Of a stretch of DNA of 64,000 nt, positions 10,439-18,639 are shown one piece after another. Position 1 is the first letter of the stretch. The number at the start of each line of letters is the position of its first letter. The position numbers and the translations under genes were made by a program. The notes below the pieces were generated by a model that made no database searches, had not been told where the DNA came from, and worked only from the letters and a program-made list of their open reading frames with translations. The stretch spans positions 1,624-65,623 of the forward strand of contig JAHIFQ010000009.1 in assembly GCA_018900835.1 (NCBI GenBank), given 5' to 3'. The stretch comes from Patescibacteria group bacterium. GTDB lineage: Bacteria > Patescibacteriota > Minisyncoccia > Minisyncoccales > PEYH01.

Positions 10439-11901
10439 TGAATAGGGAAAAAGGATTTGTCATCACTTATATATTGGTCTTTGGTTCAGTGTTTTTGGTT
10501 TTGTTGGTGGCTCTTTTGGGCTTTATCTTAAGCCAAATGAGGCAGTCGCAGCACGAGTTGGCTTATGAACAATCTCTTCATATCGCAGAAGCAGGTCTAA
10601 ATAGATATAGGTGGTATTTACTGCACAAAGAGCAGGAACTTTTTGGCGGGATTGAGATTGGTTGTCCGCCTTCTGATTGCGTTTCTTGCGACCCCTGCGA
10701 ATACGAATATAGTTTGCCGGGCATCGGAGTAATCGGCAGGTATCGGTTGGATGTTGTTGAGGAGAGACCATGCGACATAACTACATCAATACAAGTGACT
10801 TCAACTGGCTGGACCAATCAGTTTCCCAATGCAGACAGAACAATAAGGGTTCATTATATCAAACCAACGGTTGCAGAATATTCATATATTCTTGACCATA
10901 ATGTTTGGGCAGGAGATGACCGGCTAATTATGGGACCATATCATTCCAATGGAGGAATCCGTATGGATGGGCAAAATAATTCTTTTGTGAGCTCTGAACA
11001 GGAACAATGGGTTTGCACTGATTCGTATGGTTGTTCTCCATGCCCACAGGAGTGCGATTATAGCCCATTGCAAGGATGCGTTTGCTCTGGTGTTTTTACT
11101 ACTGCCAATGGCAACGAAGATTTATTCAGAACAGGCGTGTCCCATTTTGACTTTGAGGGGATTACCATTGATTTGGGCACAATAAAAGGACTCACAAAAC
11201 CGCCACCAGAAGGAGAGGGCAAGGGCATATATATTCCTCCTTCAAATGCTTATGGTTATCATGTTATAATCAACCAAAGGCAGTTGTCTGTAAGAAAAGT
11301 TGAGCGAGTGAGCAGTGTGTATGCTTATGATACGGAGTTGGGTTATTTCTGGGAGTATTCAATAATCAGCAGAGAGAGTTCGGCTGTTAATTACAATTTA
11401 AGCGATTGCGGATTGGTATTTATTGAAGACAATGTTTGGCTTCAGGGTACGGTGAGCGGAAAAATCACTATGGCTATCGCTGACCTGATTACACCGAGCA
11501 CAACAAGAAATGTTTGGCTGAAAGACGATATTGTATATTTGAATCCTGATAATTCCGACAGTTTGGTGGTTCTTGGGCAGAACAATGTTTTGATAACCCC
11601 TGACTCGCCTAATTATTTGGACCTGCAAGGAGTGTTCATAGCCCAGACCGGCCATTTTGGAAGAAATTATTATTCTCCGTATAGTTATCCGAGTTATGCT
11701 AAAAAAGAACAGCTAAATATGTTTGGCTCTATCATTAGCAACGGCAGAGTGGGCACAAAATGGACATCTGGCAGTGTATGGGTCTCTGGCTATAAAGAGA
11801 GGCAGAATATCTATGACCCGACTATGAGCTTTAATCCCCCGCCGTTTTTACCATCTATTTCAGAGGAGTTTAGTTATAAAAAGTGGGAAGAAATACAATG
11901 A
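10438..11901 (+). CDS. PilX-N-like membrane-anchored pilus-associated protein (487 aa)
   Basis: N-terminal anchor GFVITYILVFGSVFLVLLVALLGFIL followed by SLHIAEAGLNRY (PilX_N-type AEAG motif). Cys-rich ectodomain. ATGA overlap with the previous gene. Confidence 0.6.
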   Translation: MNREKGFVITYILVFGSVFLVLLVALLGFILSQMRQSQHELAYEQSLHIAEAGLNRYRWYLLHKEQELFGGIEIGCPPSDCVSCDPCEYEYSLPGIGVIGRYRLDVVEERPCDITTSIQVTSTGWTNQFPNADRTIRVHYIKPTVAEYSYILDHNVWAGDDRLIMGPYHSNGGIRMDGQNNSFVSSEQEQWVCTDSYGCSPCPQECDYSPLQGCVCSGVFTTANGNEDLFRTGVSHFDFEGITIDLGTIKGLTKPPPEGEGKGIYIPPSNAYGYHVIINQRQLSVRKVERVSSVYAYDTELGYFWEYSIISRESSAVNYNLSDCGLVFIEDNVWLQGTVSGKITMAIADLITPSTTRNVWLKDDIVYLNPDNSDSLVVLGQNNVLITPDSPNYLDLQGVFIAQTGHFGRNYYSPYSYPSYAKKEQLNMFGSIISNGRVGTKWTSGSVWVSGYKERQNIYDPTMSFNPPPFLPSISEEFSYKKWEEIQ

Positions 11902-12995
11902 AGTTTAATGTGCTTAATTTACATCCCGGGACATTTGGGTTAGATATTTCTGACCTGTCTTTAAAAGCGGTTTCATTAAAGAAACACAGAAGACATTTAA
12001 GAATAGAGTCGCTCAAAGGAATTCTTTTGCCAGATGGCATAATTCAAGGCGGGGAAGTCAAAGATATAGAAAAACTTGCTGATTTTATAAAAAAAATAGT
12101 TAGCAAACTTAGGGGGCTTGATACTAATCAGGTGATTGTGTCTCTACCAGAAGAAAAGTCGTTTATACGGTTGCTTCGTATGCCGATAATGCCTGCGCAG
12201 GAAATAAAGGAAGCTGTACGATTTGAGGCAGAGAACTATATTCCGTTTTCAATAGACAAAGTTTATCTTGATTCACAGATTGTTCAGTCATTGGATAAAG
12301 ATAATAGTTTCGTGGAAGTTCTGATAGCTGCTTTGCCGAGAAAAACAGTTGACCCTTATGTGTCTGCGATTTATGAGGCCGGCCTTATTCCTGTTGCCAT
12401 GGAAACCGAATCCCAGGCAACTGCGCGAGCGCTGATAAAGGGTTCTTATATCCAGAAACCGGTTTTCATTGTTGATATGGGCGCAACTTCTACGAATTTT
12501 AGTGTTTATTCAGGCAATTCTCTGCGCTTTACTTCGTTTATCCCATTTTCTACAAATAGCTTAACAACTGTTTTATCTAAGGCATTAAAAATTAGCCCGC
12601 AAGAAGCGTATAAAGCGCAACTTCTATATGGATTTCAAAAGAAAGGAGAACGGTCTAAAAGAATATTTGAGGCGCTCCTTCCCTCAATAACCGGATTTAT
12701 AGAGGAAATCAATAAACATATTGATTATTATCAAACCCATTCTTCCCAGAAAGTAAAAGATAGCGCTGATATGGATGTGAAAGAATTGATTTTCTGCGGA
12801 GGCGGAGCAAGGATTAAAGGGTTAACTGGTTTTATGTCTGAAGAAACAGGGCTGAAGGTTCAAAAGGGGGATCCATTAACAAATCTTCCATTGGAAGAGA
12901 AATTGAATAAGAAAATATCTAAAGACGAGCTACTCCCTTTTACAACAGCCATAGGACTTGCCTTGAGGGGATACAAAATTGAACTATATGATTAA
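11898..12995 (+). CDS. pilM: Type IV pilus assembly protein PilM (actin-like ATPase fold), set 1
   Basis: GLDISDLSLKAV..., VDMGATSTN, CGGGARIKGL motifs of PilM/FtsA-like proteins. ATG at 11898 overlaps the upstream stop (ATGA). Confidence 0.85.
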   Translation: MKFNVLNLHPGTFGLDISDLSLKAVSLKKHRRHLRIESLKGILLPDGIIQGGEVKDIEKLADFIKKIVSKLRGLDTNQVIVSLPEEKSFIRLLRMPIMPAQEIKEAVRFEAENYIPFSIDKVYLDSQIVQSLDKDNSFVEVLIAALPRKTVDPYVSAIYEAGLIPVAMETESQATARALIKGSYIQKPVFIVDMGATSTNFSVYSGNSLRFTSFIPFSTNSLTTVLSKALKISPQEAYKAQLLYGFQKKGERSKRIFEALLPSITGFIEEINKHIDYYQTHSSQKVKDSADMDVKELIFCGGGARIKGLTGFMSEETGLKVQKGDPLTNLPLEEKLNKKISKDELLPFTTAIGLALRGYKIELYD

Positions 12996-13521
12996 TTTAT
13001 TGCCACCAATTGAAAAAGGTAAGAGGAGGCGAGAAAAGCAATTAAAATTGATTTGGATTTTAGGCATTTTAGTCGTGGCATCAGTCCTTTCATTCGCCTT
13101 GATTTTGCTTTCTATGAGGTTTTATATCGCTGGCCAGATAAGGGAGCAGGACATTTTAGTAGACGAAGCAAAAGGAAAAAATATTAAGGTAAATATTCTT
13201 CAGGAGAAAATAAAATCAGTCAATCGCACCTTGTCAGGACTGAATGATTTTTATCAGAGCCAATTTCCTCTTACAGATTTTTTGGAAAGGATCTCTAAAT
13301 TACTTCTTCAGGATATGTATTTAGAAAGGTTCTCATATCAGGAGGAGGGCTCGCGCGTGACTTTTACCTGCTATGCACCGACAATTGATTCAATTTATCA
13401 ATTCCGCGAAAGGGTTAGAAGCCAAGACGATTTTGAAGACATCAACTTTGTATTGCCGGATTGGCTTGAGCCAAACAATATAATTTTTAGAGTGAGTTTT
13501 AAGCTAAAATATGAATTATAG
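12988..13521 (+). CDS. pilN: PilN-like bitopic protein, set 1
   Basis: N-terminal MINLLPP (the INLLP motif that binds PilM), one TM, coiled periplasmic part. The position after pilM fits. Confidence 0.7.
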   Translation: MINLLPPIEKGKRRREKQLKLIWILGILVVASVLSFALILLSMRFYIAGQIREQDILVDEAKGKNIKVNILQEKIKSVNRTLSGLNDFYQSQFPLTDFLERISKLLLQDMYLERFSYQEEGSRVTFTCYAPTIDSIYQFRERVRSQDDFEDINFVLPDWLEPNNIIFRVSFKLKYEL

Positions 13522-14083
13522 AAAAATATTTTATTTATCTATATTCTTGATAATACTCACAGTGTTTTTGCTTTTTATGTTTTGTATTTTTCCGGCATTA
13601 AGGGCGATTAACTTGAGCTCAAAAGAATTGGCGCTTCGCCGTCAGGAGCTTGCGTCAATTGAGTTTTTAGCTCAAAGCTTTGAGGATTTTGAAAAGAATT
13701 TTCAATTTTATGAAGAAGGGCTTGCTGAAATGGATAATCTCCTCCAGGCAGAATCCTTAATTGACCCGGAGATACCAGTGAGTTTTATTAATTTTTTTAA
13801 AGAAGAGGCATTAAATCTTAATCTTGTTTTAAAGATTTCCCCTGTCGCCTTTCATGAGAATAATAATGGACAATGGGATTATATGGTGTTCAGGATTGAT
13901 GGTATGGGTAAGTTTGTTGATGCGATGAAATTTCTTGAAAAATTAGAAAACAGCAGGTGGTTAATAAAGGAAACGACATTTGACATTTCAAGCGTAAGGC
14001 AAGTCCAAGGGGCAGAAGAGTCAAAATTTGGCGGGGATTATGTAGAAATTTATCTTTCAATCGAGGCCTATGCCAAGAATTAA
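13511..14083 (+). CDS. PilO-like bitopic protein, set 1
   Basis: Single N-terminal TM, coiled coil, alpha/beta C-terminal part. Called mainly from its position after pilM/pilN. Confidence 0.5.
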   Translation: MNYRKIFYLSIFLIILTVFLLFMFCIFPALRAINLSSKELALRRQELASIEFLAQSFEDFEKNFQFYEEGLAEMDNLLQAESLIDPEIPVSFINFFKEEALNLNLVLKISPVAFHENNNGQWDYMVFRIDGMGKFVDAMKFLEKLENSRWLIKETTFDISSVRQVQGAEESKFGGDYVEIYLSIEAYAKN

Positions 14084-14390
14084 TTTTAGAATAAATATCA
14101 AGGGCGCAAAGCGGATATCAAGAAGAGTTCTTTGGTTTTTAGGGGAAAGGGCATTTGTTGTATTTTTAACCCTTGTTTTTGTATCTCTTTTTATTGGAGC
14201 TGTAATTTTTTATTATTATGGTTTCTTGGTCATAATTGATGAACCCGAGGCAAGACCGCAAGAGGTTCAGCTTGGCGATGAGTCATACCAGCAGTTTCTG
14301 GAAAACTATCGCCAGAGGAAAGCGAACTTTGAAAATACTGACTCTAAAATTTATTTTAATCCGTTTTTCCATACAAATATTCAGCAATAA
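14070..14390 (+). CDS. Small single-TM protein ending pilus set 1
   Basis: Basic N-terminus then TM FVVFLTLVFVSLFIGAVIFYYYGFLVII. A similarly placed small TM ORF follows pilO in set 2 (54380). Confidence 0.45.
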   Translation: MPRINFRINIKGAKRISRRVLWFLGERAFVVFLTLVFVSLFIGAVIFYYYGFLVIIDEPEARPQEVQLGDESYQQFLENYRQRKANFENTDSKIYFNPFFHTNIQQ

Positions 14391-14427
14391 GAGGGAATTA
14401 TTTTTCTAATTATTTTGCGCTAATACT

Positions 14428-14455
14428 CCTTGAGGCGGGCCTGTCCGCCTCAAGG
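14428..14455 (+). terminator. GC-rich stem-loop ending pilus operon 1
   Basis: ccttgaggcgg / ccgcctcaagg, an 11-bp perfect stem with a 6-nt loop. No clean U-tract. Confidence 0.5.
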
Positions 14456-14457
14456 GC

Positions 14458-14487
14458 TTGATTTAAGTAGGGTTTTTATTGTATAGT
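14458..14487 (+). promoter_or_regulatory. Putative sigma70-type promoter for tRNA-Arg
   Basis: ttgatt, 18 nt, tatagt. The spacer contains agtagggt, as in the promoter at 23725. Confidence 0.4.
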
Positions 14488-14498
14488 GTGAAGCATTA

Positions 14499-14570
14499 GC
14501 CCTCGTAGTTCAACGGATAGAATAGGGCCCTTCTAAGGCCTAGATATAGGTTCGATTCCTATCGAGGGCA
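14499..14570 (+). tRNA. tRNA-Arg (anticodon TCT)
   Basis: GCCCTCG..CGAGGGC acceptor, anticodon arm GGGCC CTTCTAA GGCCT, T arm ATAGG TTCGATT CCTAT. Confidence 0.85.
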
Positions 14571-14600
14571 CAAGCGACCACTTCGTGGTCTAAATTAAAG

Positions 14601-14656
14601 GTTAAAAATGAAAAGTTAAAAATAAAAGATAAAATTAGAAATTAGAAATTAATATT
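14601..14656 (+). repeat. Heptamer array gttaaaa/atgaaaa/gttaaaa/ataaaag/ataaaat/tagaaat/tagaaat/taatatt
   Basis: Read directly. It contains a 23-mer also found inside tsaD (antisense of 44501-44556) and a 23-mer shared with 44981-45003. Confidence 0.75.
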
Positions 14657-14661
14657 ATTAT

Positions 14662-14733
14662 GGTGGCTATGGTGTAATGGCAGCACAGAAACTTGTGGAG
14701 TTTCCAGAGGCGGTTCGAGTCCGCTTAGCCACC
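14662..14733 (+). tRNA. tRNA-His (anticodon GTG) with encoded G-1
   Basis: G-1 + GTGGCTA..TAGCCAC + C73, anticodon arm GAAAC TTGTGGA GTTTC, T loop TTCGAGT. Confidence 0.85.
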
Positions 14734-14740
14734 AAAAATG

Positions 14741-14777
14741 CCAAAAACCCTTGTATTTACAAGGGTTTTTGGGTTTT
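14741..14777 (+). terminator. Terminator hairpin after tRNA-His (copy 1 of a repeated hairpin)
   Basis: ccaaaaaccctt gtatttac aagggtttttgg, then gtttt. Confidence 0.6.
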
Positions 14778-14849
14778 ATGTTTACTGGTTGTTTGACTTT
14801 TGTTTTGTAATCTAATATAATCTTATATAGTTAAAGTATAAGATAATTT

Positions 14850-15911
14850 ATGACAAAAAATAAACGATTTGACCAACGATTATCTCAGATTCCAGCTAAG
14901 ATATGGTCAAAAATAACACAGATTGATGAATTAAAAGGACAATGGATTGCTGGCGCACGATTAAGTCCGCAGATTTTAGGTCGCTTGAAGCAGTCGGTTT
15001 TGATTACCTCCACTGGCGCCTCTACTCGTATTGAGGGCGCTCGTCTTTCTGATGAGGATGTAGAAAAATTGATGCGAGGTATTGATATTCAAAAATTCAC
15101 TGATAGGGATAAGCAAGAAGTGAAAGGTTATTTTGAATTGCTCGAAAATATTTTTAATTCTTGGAAATCTCTTAAATTTTCAGAAAATACTATTAAGCAT
15201 TTTCACAAAGAGCTTCTTAAGTATGTCCAAAAGGATGAGATTCACCGAGGTGATTACAAAAAAGAAGAAAACAAAGTGCATATGATTAATGCAGTTGGCG
15301 AATCTGTTGGCGATCTTTTTGATACTGCGCCGGCATATCTCACGCCGAAAGAAATGCAGGAATTGATTGAGTGGACTCAATGCGTACTGAATGAAAAAAA
15401 ATATCATCCACTTCTGGTTATTGGTAGTTTTTTGGTTGATTTTTTACAAATACATCCATTTCAAGATGGCAATGGTCGGCTTTCCCGTGTTTTGACCAAC
15501 CTTCTTTTATTAAAAGAGGGCTATTTATATGTGCCCTATATTTCTCATGAGAAATTAGTCGAAGACAATAAGCCGGAATATTATCTTGCGCTTCGTCAAA
15601 GTCAGAAAACATTTAAGACAAAACGCGAAAACATTATTCCGTGGCTCGATTTCTTTTTAACTATTTTCCTTAAACAATCGCAGATGGCTGTTGAGTTATT
15701 ATCTAAAGAAAACATAGAAAAACTTCTTTCAAGGAAACAACTTGCAGTATGGCAGTATTTGCAAGAAGTGGACGAAGTAAGTCCCGGCGAAATCGCTAAA
15801 AAAGCAAAAATTGCTCGTCCTACAGTTAATCAAGTGATGGATAGACTTTTGCGCCTTAAGAAAATCGAACGCATTGGCCTTGGCCGAAGCACAAGGTATA
15901 GGAAGATATAA
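14850..15911 (+). CDS. Fic/DOC family protein (probable AMPylase) with N-terminal inhibitory motif and C-terminal winged-helix domain
   Basis: Fic core HPFQDGNGRLSR. Upstream STRIEG matches the (S/T)xxxE(G/N) auto-inhibition motif. The C-terminal PGEIAKKAKIARPTVNQVMDRL is HTH-like. Confidence 0.88.
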   Translation: MTKNKRFDQRLSQIPAKIWSKITQIDELKGQWIAGARLSPQILGRLKQSVLITSTGASTRIEGARLSDEDVEKLMRGIDIQKFTDRDKQEVKGYFELLENIFNSWKSLKFSENTIKHFHKELLKYVQKDEIHRGDYKKEENKVHMINAVGESVGDLFDTAPAYLTPKEMQELIEWTQCVLNEKKYHPLLVIGSFLVDFLQIHPFQDGNGRLSRVLTNLLLLKEGYLYVPYISHEKLVEDNKPEYYLALRQSQKTFKTKRENIIPWLDFFLTIFLKQSQMAVELLSKENIEKLLSRKQLAVWQYLQEVDEVSPGEIAKKAKIARPTVNQVMDRLLRLKKIERIGLGRSTRYRKI

Positions 15912-15996
15912 AAATCATTTATAATCTTCAATCTATTCGGTGCTTGACTCAACGGGTTCTAATATCGTCCGATAGACGACCCTGTCATTCGGAAAC

Positions 15997-16031
15997 CCAA
16001 AAACCCTTGTAGTAAATGAAGGGTTTTTTGG
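15997..16031 (+). terminator. Terminator hairpin after the Fic gene (copy 2 of the repeated hairpin)
   Basis: ccaaaaaccctt gtagtaaatg aagggttttttgg, with arms nearly identical to 14741-14777. Confidence 0.6.
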
Positions 16032-16195
16032 TTACACTATAGGCAATTTTTGTTCTCCAGTCAGACAAGTGTTATAGATGATAATCAACCAAACGAGGAT
16101 ATAGAGGAAGTCGTTTATCAGAATAAAATGGAGATGGGTTTAATGATGTTTTTTTTAATGCTAAAATACTAAGAATCATTAATATCTATAAAACT

Positions 16196-17146
16196 ATGAA
16201 TGATCAAAACGAAAAAGTGTCGCCAAAGCATGTTTTTTTGCATCTTTTCTCGATAAGCATGCTTTATGTAACAACAATAAATATTCTTACGCTAATTTTT
16301 CAGTTTATAAATCAGAGCATAAAAGACCCCCTTGTTTATAGCATTTATAGCAGCATTAACTCTGCAGCATATTATAGCCATAACCTTGTCAGGTCCGCAT
16401 TAGCATCAATTATCATAGTTTTTCCATTATTTATTTGGGGTTCATGGTATTTGAATAAAATCTATTTAAGAATTCCTCAAGTCAGACAGATGAAAACTAG
16501 AAAATGGCTCATATATTTAACCCTCTTCATTGTTTCTCTTGTAATAGTCGGTGATTTTATCAGAATTGTTTGGGGATTTTTGGGCGGAGAAATCACTTTA
16601 CGCTTTATCCTAAAAGCGTTTGCAGTTTTCATCACTTCAGGATGTATTTTCGGATATTATTTATGGGATGTGCGCAGGGAAGCGCCATCCAATCGTTCAA
16701 AATATTTTGCTTGGTTAGCGAGCGCAGTTGTCTTAACATTAATTGTAATTGGTTTTTTTCTCACAGGCTCTCCAAAACAGGAAAGATTAATGCGTTTTGA
16801 TTATCAAAGGGTTAGCGCTTTGCAGGAAGTACAGTATCAAATAATAAGCTACTGGCAGAGCAAGGAGCGTCTGCCACAAGAACTTCAAGAATTAGAGGAC
16901 CCGATAAGTGGATTTATGGTGCCACAAGACCCGCAGACAGGAAATCTATATGAATATACTATAAAAGGAGAGAATGAATTTGAGCTTTGCGCGGAATTCA
17001 ATTTACCAAGTGATGAGAAACTGGATATAGCGGAACCAAGAATGTTGTCTGGTTCCAATTTTTCAAAGTGGAGTCATCCAGCAGGCAGATTTTGTTTTGA
17101 AAGAACAATAGACCAAGAGCTTTATCCGCCTTTCAAAAAATTATAG
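16196..17146 (+). CDS. Polytopic membrane protein (DUF5671-like by recollection) with a C-terminal pilin-head-like domain
   Basis: About five TM helices, then QRVSALQEVQYQIISYWQSKERLPQELQEL...DPQTGNLYEYTIKGENEFELCAEF, which resembles GspG/pilin globular domains. Family names are from memory and not searched. Confidence 0.4.
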   Translation: MNDQNEKVSPKHVFLHLFSISMLYVTTINILTLIFQFINQSIKDPLVYSIYSSINSAAYYSHNLVRSALASIIIVFPLFIWGSWYLNKIYLRIPQVRQMKTRKWLIYLTLFIVSLVIVGDFIRIVWGFLGGEITLRFILKAFAVFITSGCIFGYYLWDVRREAPSNRSKYFAWLASAVVLTLIVIGFFLTGSPKQERLMRFDYQRVSALQEVQYQIISYWQSKERLPQELQELEDPISGFMVPQDPQTGNLYEYTIKGENEFELCAEFNLPSDEKLDIAEPRMLSGSNFSKWSHPAGRFCFERTIDQELYPPFKKL

Positions 17147-17199
17147 AAATACCTAACCTTTAGGATAGAAATTTTTCATTGACTACCCTGCGTCGAAAG

Positions 17200-17219
17200 C
17201 CCCGCCCTTTAGGGCGGGG
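17200..17219 (+). other. GC-rich stem-loop ccccgccc ttta gggcgggg, followed directly by ttgaca
   Basis: 8-bp perfect stem. It may terminate the 16196 gene, and the adjoining ttgaca (17223) may be the -35 box for the TA pair. Confidence 0.4.
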
Positions 17220-17287
17220 AGGTTGACATTGATTTTTTGTTTTGATAAAGTAAGAATGTAAGAAAGTATTACTTAATTTAAAAATTT

Positions 17288-17530
17288 ATGACTACAATAG
17301 TTAGGGCAACAGCTAAAGGTCAAATTACCCTGCCCATTCGATGGAGGCAGAATTTTGCTAGTAACCGCTATATTATCAAAGAGAGAGGCGGGAAATTAGA
17401 GATTGCGCCGTTTAATCTTGAAAGGTTAGAAAAAGAAGAGGGATATACGGTATTTGACGCTATCCGCGATAACAAGGGCAAGGGAATTAAGGCCAGGGAC
17501 TTGGTTAAGATGTTGAAAAAAACGATTTAA
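17288..17530 (+). CDS. AbrB/MazE/SpoVT-type antitoxin
   Basis: The N-terminal VRATAKGQITLPIRWRQNF is the swapped-hairpin AbrB-type motif. 80 aa, 8 nt upstream of the toxin. Confidence 0.7.
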   Translation: MTTIVRATAKGQITLPIRWRQNFASNRYIIKERGGKLEIAPFNLERLEKEEGYTVFDAIRDNKGKGIKARDLVKMLKKTI

Positions 17531-17538
17531 CTTTTTTT

Positions 17539-17778
17539 ATGAAGGGAATAGAGAAATTATTAAAAAAGATTAACAAGCAGGATAGGCAGAGATTATTGGA
17601 GTTCATAGAAAAGTTGATTCAAGGCGAGGGAAAAGGATTGAATATTAGAAAAGTCACGGACAGTGATTTTTATCGTTCAAGGTCAGGTCGTTTTAGGATT
17701 ATATTCCATTATGAAAATAAGGAGATTATCATTGACAGTATTAAATTAAGGGATAAGAATACATATAGACGATTGTAA
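17539..17778 (+). CDS. RelE/ParE-family toxin
   Basis: 79 aa. FYRSRSGRFRIIFHYENKEIIIDSIKLRDKNTY matches the RelE/ParE YRxRxGxYRIIY...I..I..R pattern. Confidence 0.7.
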   Translation: MKGIEKLLKKINKQDRQRLLEFIEKLIQGEGKGLNIRKVTDSDFYRSRSGRFRIIFHYENKEIIIDSIKLRDKNTYRRL

Positions 17779-17781
17779 GTT

Positions 17782-17808
17782 GCCCCCATAGTTCAACTGG
17801 ATAGAGAA
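17782..17808 (+). pseudogene. 5' fragment of an Arg-like tRNA (acceptor 5' strand + D arm only)
   Basis: gcccccatagttcaactggatagagaa aligns with the 5' end of tRNA-Arg(GCG) at 48997 (gcccccgtagttcaatggacagaat). No T arm or matching 3' acceptor strand follows. Confidence 0.6.
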
Positions 17809-17917
17809 ATTCTGCGTTTCAACATGTATTATTAAATCAAGAAATTGTTTTAATAGAACAAGTTTTATCTATATTTAGGGCTATTGCTATTTCTATTGAG
17901 CATGTTAAAATGAAAAT

Positions 17918-18550
17918 ATGAGAATTCACTCAATAGAAAAAATAAAAGAGTTAAAAAGACTAAGAAGGAAAGGACTTAGTATTAATGAATTAGTAACGCA
18001 ATTATCAATCCCGAAGACTACGGTATGGCACCATATTCACGATATTGATGTTCCGGCAAAATATATTCCGACACTGAGAGCCAAAAGAGGTGGTAGTAAA
18101 GAACGTAAACAGAGAAACATAGAAAAAGCACAGAAACGCGCTCAAGAATTATTACGAAGTCCTAACAGGGATTTGTCAATCGTAATAGCTATGCTCTATT
18201 GGGCCGAAGGGAGCAAAAAGGGGTGCGAATTTATTAATTCTGATGGGAAAATGATAAAATCCTATTTGACTGTACTAAGAAATGTATTTAATGTTCAGGA
18301 GGAATTTATAGAGCCAACTATGAGAATATTTTCTGGCATGGATAGAAGAGAATGTTTAAATTATTGGTCCTTTATTACAGAAATACCGAAGCATAGATTT
18401 ATTATTCGATTTAATGATGGGGGTAGTAAAGGAAGAACTAAATACGGAATGTGTAGAATAACAGTAAAGAAAGGGGGCGATATTTTAAAATTAATACAAT
18501 CATTGAAAGATCAGGTTTATGAAGAGATAATGAACAAAACTGTAGTATAG
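17918..18550 (+). CDS. HTH + degenerate single-motif LAGLIDADG-like endonuclease (putative)
   Basis: N-terminal HTH LSINELVTQLSIPKTTVWHHI. LSIVIAMLYWAEGSKKG resembles a LAGLIDADG helix ending in an acidic residue. The architecture parallels ORF 49106. Confidence 0.45.
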   Translation: MRIHSIEKIKELKRLRRKGLSINELVTQLSIPKTTVWHHIHDIDVPAKYIPTLRAKRGGSKERKQRNIEKAQKRAQELLRSPNRDLSIVIAMLYWAEGSKKGCEFINSDGKMIKSYLTVLRNVFNVQEEFIEPTMRIFSGMDRRECLNYWSFITEIPKHRFIIRFNDGGSKGRTKYGMCRITVKKGGDILKLIQSLKDQVYEEIMNKTVV

Positions 18551-18563
18551 TATTCATACAGAT

Positions 18564-18637
18564 GCCCTCGTAGCTCAGTGGACAAGAGCAGGACACTCCT
18601 AAGGTCAAGATCGCAGGTTCAAATCCTGCCGAGGGCA
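18564..18637 (+). tRNA. tRNA-Arg (anticodon CCT)
   Basis: GCCCTCG..CGAGGGC acceptor, loop CTCCTAA, T arm GCAGG TTCAAAT CCTGC. The anticodon stem has two terminal mismatches. Confidence 0.75.
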
Positions 18638-18639
18638 CA

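Noticed and set aside
14735-18563. Integrated prophage or integrative element with att sites
   Set aside because: There are no integrase, recombinase or phage structural genes. The tRNA fragment at 17782 is not a repeat of tRNA-His, so no attL/attR pair can be defined.
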